From Candidatus Latescibacterota bacterium (GTDB lineage Bacteria > Latescibacterota > UBA2968 > GCA-2709665), in assembly GCA_965208835.1 (NCBI GenBank), contig OZ242358.1, positions 1,600,001-1,664,000 of the forward strand: a DNA stretch of 64,000 nt, written 5' to 3'. Both the position numbers and the translations under genes were made by a program. Numbering within the stretch: the first letter of the stretch is position 1; the number at the start of each line of letters is the position of its first letter. Below are positions 39,567-48,666 of the stretch, in pieces. The notes under the pieces were generated by a model. That model was not told the origin of the DNA. It worked only from the letters and a program-made list of their open reading frames with translations, and ran no database searches.

Positions 39567-42221
39567 CTATTCAATGGCCGCCTGGGCGGCGGCCAGACGG
39601 GCGATAGGCACCCGGTATGGCGAGCAGGAGACGTAGTCGAGGCCGACACGGTGGCAGAACTTCACGGAGTCAGGATCGCCGCCGTGTTCGCCGCAGATGC
39701 CCACCTTGAGTGAGTCGCGCGCCGATCGCCCCCGTTCCGTTCCGATGATCACCAGTTGTCCCACGCCCTCCTGGTCAATGGTCAGGAACGGGTCCTGTTC
39801 GAGGATGCCCTGTTCGATGTAGGCGGGCAGGAATTTGCCGGCGTCGTCGCGCGAAAAACCGAAAGTCATCTGCGTGAGGTCATTCGTGCCGAAGCTGAAA
39901 AAGTCAGCGGACTTCGCTATGGCGTCGGCCACGAGCGCCGCGCGGGGGATCTCGACCATCGTGCCGACCAGATAGTCGATCTTGATCCTGCCCCCACCCA
40001 GGACCTCGTCGGCGACACGGTCAACCATCTCGCGGAGTTCGGTGAATTCATTTACGGTTCCAACCAGGGGGATCATGATCTCGGGCAAGATCCTGATTCT
40101 TCGCTTTCGCACGTTGACAGCCGCTTCGAAGATTGCCCGCGCCTGCATTTCGTAGATCTCGGGGTAGGTGACGCCAAGCCGGCAGCCCCGATGGCCCAGC
40201 ATGGGGTTGAATTCATGCAGGCTCTGGACCTTTTTCCGAATGGTACCAAGCGGAACGCCCATCTGGCGCGCCATTTCGTGCTGCTGTTCGGGCTCGTGCG
40301 GAAGAAACTCATGGAGGGGCGGATCGAGCAGGCGAATGGTAACCGGGTACCCTCTCATGGCCCTGAAAATGCCTTCAAAGTCACCGCGCTGGATCGGCAG
40401 GAGCTTATCGAGCGCTTTCCTTCGTCCGGACTCGTCGGCTGCAAGAATCATCTCCCGCACCGCCAGGATGCGGTCCCCTTCAAAGAACATGTGCTCCGTG
40501 CGGCACAGGCCGATACCTTCCGCGCCGAACTTCCGGGCAATCTCCGAATCCTGCGGTGTATCCGCATTGGTGCGGACATCCAGCCGCTTGATCTCTTCCG
40601 CCCACTTCATGACGGTACTGAAGTGCCCCGATAACTTTGGATTCAGGGTGGGCACTCGGCCCAGCATGACTTCGCCCGTCGAGCCGTCGAGCGAAATCCA
40701 GTCGCCTGCCTTGACGGTTGTGCCATCGACCGTAAACAGGTCGCTATTGTAATCGATTGTGAGCGCTCCGCATCCCGCCACGCAGCACTTGCCCATCCCG
40801 CGCGCCACCACGGCGGCGTGACTGGTCTGGCCGCCGCGGGCGGTCAGGATGCCCCTGGCGGCGTTCATACCGCCGATGTCTTCGGGCGACGTCTCCAGGC
40901 GGACGAGGATGACCGCTTCCCCGTCTGCGGCCATCGTCTCCGCATCGTCGGCCGTGAAAACCGCCCTGCCTGAGGCCGCGCCGGGCGAAGCGGGAAGCCC
41001 GGTCGCCAGGACTTCTCTCGGCGCCTCGGGGTCGAAAGTGGGATGCAGGAGGTGGTCGAGCTGCGCCGGGTCGATTCGCGCGATCGCTTCCTCTCTGGTA
41101 ATAAGCCCCTCTTTCACCATGTCGACCGCTATTTTCAGCGCAGACGCCGCGGTGCGCTTTCCCGTCCGGGTCTGCAACATCCAGAGTTCACCTTCCTGGA
41201 CGGTAAACTCGATGTCCTGCATTTCGCGATAGTGCAGTTCCAGTTTTTTGTAGATCTGTTCGAGGGTCCTGTAGGCATGTGGCAGTTGCCGTCTCATCTT
41301 CGCCACCGGCTCAGGCGTCCGGACCCCGGCCACGACGTCTTCGCCCTGGGCGTTGACCAGGTATTCGCCGTAGAACTTCCTCGCGCCCGTGGACGGGTCG
41401 CGTGTAAATGCCACCCCCGTAGCACAGTCGTCGCCCATATTGCCGTAGACCATGGATTGCACGTTGACGGCGGTTCCCCAGTTATGGGGGATATCGTTTA
41501 TGTTTCGGTAGACGATTGCGCGGTGGCCGTTCCATGAGTCGAATACGGCGTTTACGCTTCCCCAAAGTTGCTCCATGGGGCTCTCGGGAAAGGAACGGCC
41601 GGTGCGGTCTCTGACAATGTCCTTGAAAACGTCGACGAGTTCGCGAAGGTCGTTGGAGGTGAGGTCGGTATCCAGCGTGATGCCTCGCCTGGCCTTTACG
41701 ACGTCGATCGCGGCTTCGAAGGGATCATGTTCACGATCTTCGGGCTGTATCCCCATCACAACGTCGCCGTAGGTCTGAATGAAACGGCGGTAGACGTCCC
41801 AGACGAAGCGCTCATTGCCGGATTTCGCAATCAGCCCCTCGGAAATCCGGTCGTTCAGGCCGAGGTTCAGAACGGTTTCCATCATCCCCGGCATGGAGAC
41901 GCGGGCCCCCGACCGCACGGAGACGAGCAGTGGATTGCCAGGATCGCCGAACCGCCCGCCCATCGCCTCCTCGACTTTTCTCAGATTCGATACAACCTGG
42001 CTCTCGAGCGTTTCAGGGTGGTTCTTTTCGTGGCTGTAATAATAGGTGCACACGTCCGTGGTGATGGTGAAACCGGCGGGGACGGGAATTCCAATCAGAG
42101 ACATTTCAGCAAGGTTTGCGCCCTTCCCGCCCAGCAAGTTGCGCTGGTGACCGTCACCGTCGGCCTTGCCGCCGCCGAAGAAATAGACGCACTTCTCAGA
42201 TTTCGAAAGCTGCTCCGACAT
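39567..42221 (-). CDS. ppdK: Pyruvate, phosphate dikinase
   Basis: LGGKGANL, GGQTSHAAV, GLCRTEHMF and SFGTNDLTQ. Confidence 0.98.
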   Translation of the reverse strand: MSEQLSKSEKCVYFFGGGKADGDGHQRNLLGGKGANLAEMSLIGIPVPAGFTITTDVCTYYYSHEKNHPETLESQVVSNLRKVEEAMGGRFGDPGNPLLVSVRSGARVSMPGMMETVLNLGLNDRISEGLIAKSGNERFVWDVYRRFIQTYGDVVMGIQPEDREHDPFEAAIDVVKARRGITLDTDLTSNDLRELVDVFKDIVRDRTGRSFPESPMEQLWGSVNAVFDSWNGHRAIVYRNINDIPHNWGTAVNVQSMVYGNMGDDCATGVAFTRDPSTGARKFYGEYLVNAQGEDVVAGVRTPEPVAKMRRQLPHAYRTLEQIYKKLELHYREMQDIEFTVQEGELWMLQTRTGKRTAASALKIAVDMVKEGLITREEAIARIDPAQLDHLLHPTFDPEAPREVLATGLPASPGAASGRAVFTADDAETMAADGEAVILVRLETSPEDIGGMNAARGILTARGGQTSHAAVVARGMGKCCVAGCGALTIDYNSDLFTVDGTTVKAGDWISLDGSTGEVMLGRVPTLNPKLSGHFSTVMKWAEEIKRLDVRTNADTPQDSEIARKFGAEGIGLCRTEHMFFEGDRILAVREMILAADESGRRKALDKLLPIQRGDFEGIFRAMRGYPVTIRLLDPPLHEFLPHEPEQQHEMARQMGVPLGTIRKKVQSLHEFNPMLGHRGCRLGVTYPEIYEMQARAIFEAAVNVRKRRIRILPEIMIPLVGTVNEFTELREMVDRVADEVLGGGRIKIDYLVGTMVEIPRAALVADAIAKSADFFSFGTNDLTQMTFGFSRDDAGKFLPAYIEQGILEQDPFLTIDQEGVGQLVIIGTERGRSARDSLKVGICGEHGGDPDSVKFCHRVGLDYVSCSPYRVPIARLAAAQAAIE

Positions 42222-42241
42222 GTTGTTCCTCTTGTAATCTG

Positions 42242-43480
42242 TCAGGGTTTCCGCTCCAATGCGGTTCCACGGCCCGAATCGGCCGAACTAGCGCTAGGGG
42301 ATGATGGGGTCGTGATCAGCGTGTCCGACGCCGTTCGAAGGGGCCTGAGAGGTTGTGCACCGTCATGTCCGGTGGGATCACTCAGTTCCGCACGACTGGC
42401 CTGGACCACATCGCGGTCTTCGATATTCAACAGGGTTTTCAGGATGCTTCGCCTGCCCACGATAATGCGCAGGTCCGCGGTGGAGCCGTATTTGAGCGGC
42501 AACGGGGTTTTCAGAATGCGAATTTCCAATTCGAACGTGCGGACGCCGCCGCCGTGTACCGCATATCCGTAGAACCTGGAGATTTCGCCGGCGCCGACGA
42601 ATTCCTCGCGGTCGGTGAAAAGATTGCTGAGGATTTCGACGGGGTGTCCCAGGCGGATCTTCCAGGCGTTGGTTTCAGGAACCCACGCGTCGATTGTATC
42701 GTCTCCGCCTTCGCCGGCAATGATGAGTACGATCTGGCCCTGTTCGGCCAGCATGCCAGGATGGAGGTCCCGCCTGGCCACGGTACCGTTCACGGGCGAT
42801 CGAAGGGTGGTCAGTTCCAGGCTTTCCCGGGCGGCCTTCAAACCGTTTCGCGCTTTGTCCAGCGCGGCCGCGGCCCGTCGAACCTCGGCCGCCGCCTGTC
42901 TGAGCTCCGCCGGCGACGCACCGCGCCGGGTGAGGTTGAGAACCTCCGTTGCGACCTTCAGGTTGGTTTCCGCGAGTTGATGGTTGGTCTTTGCGCGTTC
43001 GAGTTCCTCAACGCTCCAAAGCCGCTCCCCCAGGTAGAGGTGTTCGGCCCGCTGCAGTTCCTGCTTGCGGGCCTTAAGCGCAATCAGAGCCTGTTCGACC
43101 CTGGATTCCGCGATTTTCAACGCTTCGGCCGTGGGCTTTTCTTTCAACAGCGCCAGATTGGCCTGGGCGTGTTCCAGATTGGCTTCACCGCGCTGGACCT
43201 CCTTTCCGGCCGCCTCGACCGCGGAAAGAAGGTCGCCATTGTAGAGCTGGACCACCGGCTGTCCGGCCTTCACGGCCTGTCCAGCCTCGCAATGGATGGC
43301 TTTGATGACCCGCTTCAAAGGCGAATCGATATAAATCTTCGTCCCGGGCTCGACGATGCCCTGAGCCATGACGACGTCGTCTATTTCAATAAGCGACAGC
43401 GTAAGAATAACAGCCGCCAGCACACCCCCGATCCACAGCATCCACTTCAACACGCGGTGCCTGCGTCGCCTGCGCATCAT
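42242..43480 (-). CDS. HlyD-family periplasmic adaptor
   Basis: N-terminal TM anchor, lipoyl half-motifs (VKAGQPV and LRSPVNGTV) and a long coiled coil. Confidence 0.8.
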   Translation of the reverse strand: MMRRRRRHRVLKWMLWIGGVLAAVILTLSLIEIDDVVMAQGIVEPGTKIYIDSPLKRVIKAIHCEAGQAVKAGQPVVQLYNGDLLSAVEAAGKEVQRGEANLEHAQANLALLKEKPTAEALKIAESRVEQALIALKARKQELQRAEHLYLGERLWSVEELERAKTNHQLAETNLKVATEVLNLTRRGASPAELRQAAAEVRRAAAALDKARNGLKAARESLELTTLRSPVNGTVARRDLHPGMLAEQGQIVLIIAGEGGDDTIDAWVPETNAWKIRLGHPVEILSNLFTDREEFVGAGEISRFYGYAVHGGGVRTFELEIRILKTPLPLKYGSTADLRIIVGRRSILKTLLNIEDRDVVQASRAELSDPTGHDGAQPLRPLRTASDTLITTPSSPSASSADSGRGTALERKP

Positions 43481-43497
43481 TACGGAAACCCTTTTCC

Positions 43498-43526
43498 TTG
43501 ACAGGGGAGAATGGCTTGTCTATATT
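43498..43526 (+). promoter_or_regulatory. sigma70 promoter of tRNA-Lys
   Basis: TTGACA-17-TATATT. Confidence 0.75.
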
Positions 43527-43580
43527 CATCACTTTGCCCGATCGTGTACTGGTCTTCACAGTTTGATTCGGGAACCGAAT

Positions 43581-43652
43581 GGGCCCGTAGCTCAGGGGTA
43601 GAGCAGCGGCCTTTTAAGCCGTTGGTCGAAGGTTCAAATCCTTCCGGGCTCA
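43581..43652 (+). tRNA. tRNA-Lys (anticodon TTT), CCA not encoded
   Basis: GGGCCCG acceptor stem, D-arm GCTCAGGGGTAGAGC, anticodon loop CTTTTAA and T-loop GGTTCAAATCC. Confidence 0.96.
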
Positions 43653-43691
43653 TTTAACTTTCAAAAAATAAATAACTTGTATTATAAAACG

Positions 43692-43720
43692 GCCCGGATC
43701 GAAACCGATCGGGCTTTTTT
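43692..43720 (+). terminator. Terminator after tRNA
   Basis: GCCCG-GATCG...CGATC-GGGC followed by TTTTTT. Confidence 0.7.
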
Positions 43721-44178
43721 GTTTCAGGCATCGGAAGGTTTCGCGATCCTGCGAAACACCAACCATTTTGCAGTCTTCTAACTTATCATATCACCTGCCA
43801 AAAGTCAAGGCGATTTCGGGCTGAGATACCGCCGGCACTGACCCCGTCTTGGTGGTGAACCTGCTCTCGCGAGTGCCTAGTGCGGCTTCGTTATGCTCAG
43901 TCGCAACCCAGATAGATGGAAGTCAACGCTCGAGCCTGTTTAACGGTCCAATCACTCCCCCCTTGAGGGGAGTCGCAGAAGCCGAGCCGGTCCGTTGGCT
44001 TGTCGAGGGCGCTGCCTGAGCATGCGGTCCCTGAGCTTGTCGAAGGGTCGAAGGGGCAGGCGATGGCTGATGCGGTGGGGGGATTTCAACGCCTTGACGA
44101 ATTCAAGCAGCGTGCTTAAACATGTACACATCTTGCGTAGAAGTCTTGCCGAAAGAATCTAAATTATACAGAAATTGC

Positions 44179-44227
44179 TTGACAAGGCCGATTTATTTCA
44201 TTATTCTTGACTAATTCGATCAACAAT
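44179..44227 (+). promoter_or_regulatory. cysH promoter with overlapping Rrf2-type operator
   Basis: TTGACA-17-TATTCT, overlapped by the palindrome ATTCTTGACT-AATTC-GATCAACAAT. Confidence 0.6.
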
Positions 44228-44250
44228 ATAGTAAATTGAGCCGGTAGAGG

Positions 44251-45006
44251 ATGTGCATGGAAATCGATCAGAGAGACTTCGGCGCAATTGACGATACCCT
44301 GGCGGGAGCCCGGCCCGAGGAGATCCTCGAGTGGACATGGCGGGACCTGGGCCCCGCGGTGGCAATGAGCACCGCATTCGGGCCAAGCGGCCTGGTCTTG
44401 GTGGATATGGCGCAGAGGGTCGTCCCGCAACTGCCGGTCTTTACAATTGACACCGGATATCTGTTTTCTGAAACACTGGCGCTGAAGAATCGGATCGAGG
44501 CGCGTTACAACTTTCAGATCGAATCCCTGCACCCCCGCCTGAGCGTGACCGAGCAGGATCGCGCGTGCGGCCCGGACCTGTTCAACAGGGATCCCGATCG
44601 GTGCTGTGCGATGCGAAAAGTGGAACCGCTGCAGCGGAAGCTGGCGGGCCTGGATGGCTGGGTGGCCGGCCTTCGGAGAGATCAGTCCGACGCGCGGGCG
44701 GGCGTACGCGTCGTGGAAGGATACCGGGTCAGCGGCGGCAGGACCATCGCCAAGGTCAATCCGCTCGCCGCCTGGACGCGGAAGCAGGTGTGGGACTACA
44801 TCGCGGACAATGATCTGCCATACAATTCGCTCATGGACCAGGGTTATTCAAGCATCGGCTGCTGGCCCTGCACGCAGCCGGCGGCGCCGGGCGCGGATGA
44901 ACGCGCGGGCCGCTGGGCCGGCACCTGCAAATCGGAGTGCGGCATGCACGTCCCGTTGATGGACGTCGAGATACCTCAAGCGGAGGGGCAACTGGCGGCC
45001 GGGTAA
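44251..45006 (+). CDS. cysH: APS/PAPS reductase (4Fe-4S APS-reductase type)
   Basis: IDTGY, RCCAMRKVEPL, SIGCWPCT and ECGMH. Confidence 0.93.
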   Translation: MCMEIDQRDFGAIDDTLAGARPEEILEWTWRDLGPAVAMSTAFGPSGLVLVDMAQRVVPQLPVFTIDTGYLFSETLALKNRIEARYNFQIESLHPRLSVTEQDRACGPDLFNRDPDRCCAMRKVEPLQRKLAGLDGWVAGLRRDQSDARAGVRVVEGYRVSGGRTIAKVNPLAAWTRKQVWDYIADNDLPYNSLMDQGYSSIGCWPCTQPAAPGADERAGRWAGTCKSECGMHVPLMDVEIPQAEGQLAAG

Positions 45007-45030
45007 ACGGGACAGAACGGACGAAATCTT

Positions 45031-45070
45031 CATCGGCGGAAGCGTTACCGGCTTCCGCCGATGTTTTTTT
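45031..45070 (+). terminator. Intrinsic terminator after cysH
   Basis: CATCGGCGGAAGC...GCTTCCGCCGATG followed by T7. Confidence 0.85.
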
Positions 45071-45120
45071 GTGCGGAAATCACTCGGAACGGCAGGCCAC
45101 TCTTCGCCACACGTGATCTT

Positions 45121-45145
45121 GTAGGGGCACCCCTTGTGGGTACCC
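45121..45145 (+). repeat. Single GTAG-type REP
   Basis: GTAGGGGCACCCCTTGTGGGTACCC, same family as 36554-36656. Confidence 0.75.
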
Positions 45146-45408
45146 GCGGTTTTCCCCTCTCCTTGCAGGAATGGGGGCTGGGGGAGAGGTCCCGCGACCG
45201 CCGTTTGCGCTTGACAAAGCCGGTCGTCAGCATATATTATTTCTTGCTGCTTGGTCCCGGGCAACACGGGGCCATTTTTGTACGTGATCGGGGTGTGTTA
45301 TAGTCGCCGACGGGGTTTGTATCGCGTTTCCGTTTTGTTCAAAAGATATTCGGATGTTTCCTTAATTTCCATACCGAAAATGACGCGAACAGTGAAGCAT
45401 CGTTGTCC

Positions 45409-45687
45409 ATGATACGGAGCTTCAAGGATCGGGATACAAGAAGTTTCTTTGAGGGTAAGCGGGTTGCGGCGTTTCAAAGTTTCTCGAATCAGGCTGCACG
45501 CCGTCTGACCCTTTTGGCCAATGCGGAGACGCTTCGGGATCTCGTCGCATTGCAGAGCAATCGGCTTGAAGTCTTGCGAGGCGACCGGTCCGGACAACAC
45601 AGCATTCGGATCAACCGACAATGGCGCATCTGTTTCCGCTGGACGGACGATGGTGCGTGCGACGTGGAGATCACGGACTATCATTGA
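45409..45687 (+). CDS. higB: HigB (RelE-family) toxin
   Basis: MIRSFKD...NRLEVLRGDRSGQHSIRINRQWRICFRW...VEITDYH. Confidence 0.92.
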   Translation: MIRSFKDRDTRSFFEGKRVAAFQSFSNQAARRLTLLANAETLRDLVALQSNRLEVLRGDRSGQHSIRINRQWRICFRWTDDGACDVEITDYH

Positions 45688-45698
45688 GAGGTGCGATC

Positions 45699-46004
45699 AT
45701 GAACGCTAAGAATGGGATGAGACCGGTTCATCCGGGTGAGATACTCCGCGAGGAACTCGACGCGCTCGGGCTGTCGGCCAACGCCCTCGCGAAGGCGCTG
45801 GGAGTGTCGGTGAATCGCATCACGATGATTCTGAACGGTCGGCGCGGGGTAAGCGCGGACTCGGCATTAAGGCTGGCGCGCTACTTCGGGACGACCCCTC
45901 AGCTCTGGCTCAACCTGCAAACGTCATGGGAGCTTCGCAGGACGGAGATCGAGGCGGGACACGAGATCGCAGCAAGCGTAACGCCCCGTCAAGCGGTACC
46001 GTAG
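45699..46004 (+). CDS. higA: HigA antitoxin
   Basis: PVHPGEILREE, HTH and ALRLARYFGTTPQLWLNLQ. Confidence 0.92.
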   Translation: MNAKNGMRPVHPGEILREELDALGLSANALAKALGVSVNRITMILNGRRGVSADSALRLARYFGTTPQLWLNLQTSWELRRTEIEAGHEIAASVTPRQAVP

Positions 46005-46127
46005 AAAAGTGATGGCCAATTTCCCGCCACTGACTGAACGGGGCTATTTTTGTAAGTGATCGGGGCGTTGGCTCTACGCTCCCCCACGATTCGGAAGAGG
46101 TTGCCTGTGGGACATCAGGTTCCGAGC

Positions 46128-47054
46128 ATGGACGTCGATTCCCGAATTCAGCCGACGGTTGTCGAGCACATCGGCAAAACGCCCCTGTTGCGCATCCGGA
46201 AGTTTGCAGACCACCTGGACGGCGTTGAGATCTACGCGAAGATGGAGATGTTCAACCCGGGCGGCTCGGTCAAGGACCGGCCGGCGCTGCAGATGATCCA
46301 GGATGCCATTGCATCCGGAGAGTTGACCCCCGACAGGGTGATTATCGATTCCACGTCCGGCAATACGGGAATCGCGTACGCGATGATCGGCGCGGCGCTT
46401 GGGTACCGGGTGGAACTGGTGATGCCGGGCAGCGTGAGCGTGGAACGCCGTCACGTGATCCAGGCCTATGGCGCCAGCCTTGTTCTTAGCGATCCGCTGG
46501 AGGGCTCCGACGGTGCCATCCTGAAGTGCAGGGAGATTCTGGCGGCCAATCCGGAGCGGTATTACAAGCCGGACCAGTACAACAACCCTTCGAATCCCAG
46601 GGCCCACTATCTGCAGACCGCGCCGGAAATCTGGCGGCAGACGCGGGGCCGCGTGACCCATTTCGTGGCGACGCTCGGCACCAGCGGCACGTTGATCGGT
46701 ACCGGCCGGAGGTTGAAGGAATTCAACCCCGATATTCAGATCGTTGCCATAGAGCCGCCCGAGTTTCACGGAATCGAAGGACTGAAGAATATGGACGTGT
46801 CCATTGTGCCGGGCATCTACGACCCTTCGGTCTGGGACGAGAAGATCCGCGTGGAGACCGAAGACGCCTATGACGCCGCCAGGCGGTTGACGCGCGAACT
46901 CGGCGTTCCCGCGGGGCAGTCGTGCGGCGCGGCCTTTGCGGGCGCGTTGCGCGTGGCGGAGGAGACCGGAGAAGGGGTTGTGGTAACCCTCTTCCCGGAC
47001 AGCGGCGAGAAATACATGAGCACGCCGCTGTGGCGATTGGACGAGCCTGATTGA
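46128..47054 (+). CDS. cysM: PLP-dependent cysteine synthase (CysM-like)
   Basis: IGKTPL, NPGGSVKDR, STSGNTG and GTSGT. Adjacent to mec and cysO-like genes. Confidence 0.85.
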   Translation: MDVDSRIQPTVVEHIGKTPLLRIRKFADHLDGVEIYAKMEMFNPGGSVKDRPALQMIQDAIASGELTPDRVIIDSTSGNTGIAYAMIGAALGYRVELVMPGSVSVERRHVIQAYGASLVLSDPLEGSDGAILKCREILAANPERYYKPDQYNNPSNPRAHYLQTAPEIWRQTRGRVTHFVATLGTSGTLIGTGRRLKEFNPDIQIVAIEPPEFHGIEGLKNMDVSIVPGIYDPSVWDEKIRVETEDAYDAARRLTRELGVPAGQSCGAAFAGALRVAEETGEGVVVTLFPDSGEKYMSTPLWRLDEPD

Positions 47055-47067
47055 AGGAGGGGCGAAA

Positions 47068-47535
47068 TTGGATCGGGCGGTCTGGAAGAAGATTCATGAA
47101 CACGCGCGAAGGGATTATCCTGCCGAGTGCTGCGGGATCGTGGCGAAAGGGACTGACGGCGCCTGTCGCGTGCATCCGTGCGAGAATATACAGGACCGGC
47201 TGCATGCCCGAAATCCGAAGGAGCATCCGCGCACCTCGAAAAATGCCTACCGGATGGACGATCTGGAGGTCCACCGGATATTTTCGGAGACGGAAGGCGC
47301 TGGCGGACGCGTGGTGGCGTTCTATCACTCCCACATCGACTGCGGCGCGTACTTCTCCGAGGAAGATCGCCAGGCCGCGATGTTTATGGAGCAGCCGGCC
47401 TTTCCGGACGTGGTTTACCTGGTCGTCTCCGTTGTCGGTGGTGCTGTCCGGGACGCGGCAGGGTTCGCGTGGGACGAAGGGACGGAGACCTTTGCGGCGA
47501 CGGCGCTGGAGGGCTACGATCCGGCGATAAGATAG
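47068..47535 (+). CDS. mec: JAB/MPN+ (M67) peptidase, Mec-like
   Basis: YPAECCG and FYHSHID..AYFSEED JAMM motif. Confidence 0.85.
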   Translation: MDRAVWKKIHEHARRDYPAECCGIVAKGTDGACRVHPCENIQDRLHARNPKEHPRTSKNAYRMDDLEVHRIFSETEGAGGRVVAFYHSHIDCGAYFSEEDRQAAMFMEQPAFPDVVYLVVSVVGGAVRDAAGFAWDEGTETFAATALEGYDPAIR

Positions 47536-47637
47536 AGGCCGGATCGTTCCGGCGAACGGCAATGGGTAGCGGGACCTCCACGCAGGGTGCATCAGTCACC
47601 GGACCGATGAATTCGAGCTTCATCTGCGGCAACTCAG

Positions 47638-47835
47638 TTAACCTTAATGCCGCAAGAACCGCAACACGGCACCGCGGCGGAACTTTCCGAAACGGGCCGA
47701 AATGGTCGTAGGGAAGGACATTTTTTCGTTCACGTCCATAGACCTGGTGTATCCTGATAATCCGCAGTTTAATCGCCTTTTTCAACTTGCATATATTCGA
47801 ATTAACGTCACCGAAAAATGACGAATCATGGTTAA
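47638..47835 (+). mobile_element. Family B element, full copy
   Basis: TTAACC...CGAATCATGGTTAA. Co-linear with 32760-32955. Confidence 0.75.
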
Positions 47836-47858
47836 ACCACAATCAGGAGGCCTATACG

Positions 47859-48143
47859 ATGGGATTGACCGTACGGATTCCGACACCGTTGCGGAAATTC
47901 ACGGGTGACCGCGCGGATGTTGAAGCAAGCGGGGCAACACTGGGCGAATTGCTCGACGATCTGGAATCGAAACATCCGGGCATCAAGGAGAATCTGGTCG
48001 ACGCCGGCACCGGCGGCCTGCGCCGATTTGTAAACGTCTACGTGAACGACGAGGACGTTCGCTTTCTGGACGGAACGGAAACGCCGCTCAGAGACGGCGA
48101 CAGCGTGACGATTGTACCCGCCATCGCCGGCGGGCGATGTTGA
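47859..48143 (+). CDS. MoaD/ThiS-family sulfur carrier (CysO-like), C-terminus GG-RC
   Basis: VRIPTPLR, RFVNVYVNDEDVRF and PAIAGGRC. RBS AGGAGG. Confidence 0.9.
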   Translation: MGLTVRIPTPLRKFTGDRADVEASGATLGELLDDLESKHPGIKENLVDAGTGGLRRFVNVYVNDEDVRFLDGTETPLRDGDSVTIVPAIAGGRC

Positions 48144-48199
48144 GTCGCCTGTCACGGTGCCGGTGAGGCACTTCCCATCCGGATGTTCGGAGACCGCCT

Positions 48200-48628
48200 A
48201 TGCAAATCTCCTCGAAGGGCAATTACGGATTGCGGGCCGTACTTGATCTGGCGCTTCATTACGGCGAGGGGGTCGTGCAGAGCGCGGATATCGCCTCCCG
48301 GCAGGATATTCCGGAGTCCTATCTTGCGCAGTTGCTGAATCTGTTGCGCAATGCCGGGATGGTGAGGAGCGTCAGGGGACCCAGGGGCGGCCACGAACTG
48401 ATCCGGAGACCCGAGGACATTACGGTGGGAGCGGTCCTGGAGGTCCTCGAGGGTCCAATTCAGCTTGCCGGAGAAACGCCGGATGGCGAGCACGCGGGAA
48501 AGGACGTCTTGCGGGAGGTCTATGAACGGTTGGAGGCGGCGGTGGGGGAGGTCCTGGCCTCGGTCACGTTCGGCGACCTCTGCACGAAGTATCGATCCCA
48601 GAGCGGGCGTATCGTTTTTCGGATATAG
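48200..48628 (+). CDS. Rrf2-family regulator (CymR-like, no Fe-S Cys triad)
   Basis: YGLRAVLDLA, YLAQLL and VRSVRGPRGG. Confidence 0.9.
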   Translation: MQISSKGNYGLRAVLDLALHYGEGVVQSADIASRQDIPESYLAQLLNLLRNAGMVRSVRGPRGGHELIRRPEDITVGAVLEVLEGPIQLAGETPDGEHAGKDVLREVYERLEAAVGEVLASVTFGDLCTKYRSQSGRIVFRI

Positions 48629-48666
48629 ACGATCTGTCGATCCAACCCTACCCCACGGACCATCGC

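Noticed and set aside
47068-48143. JAB + ubiquitin-like + E1 as a CBASS/Bil anti-phage system
   Set aside because: No E2, cyclase or effector. The context (cysM, cysK, cysH) fits sulfur transfer.
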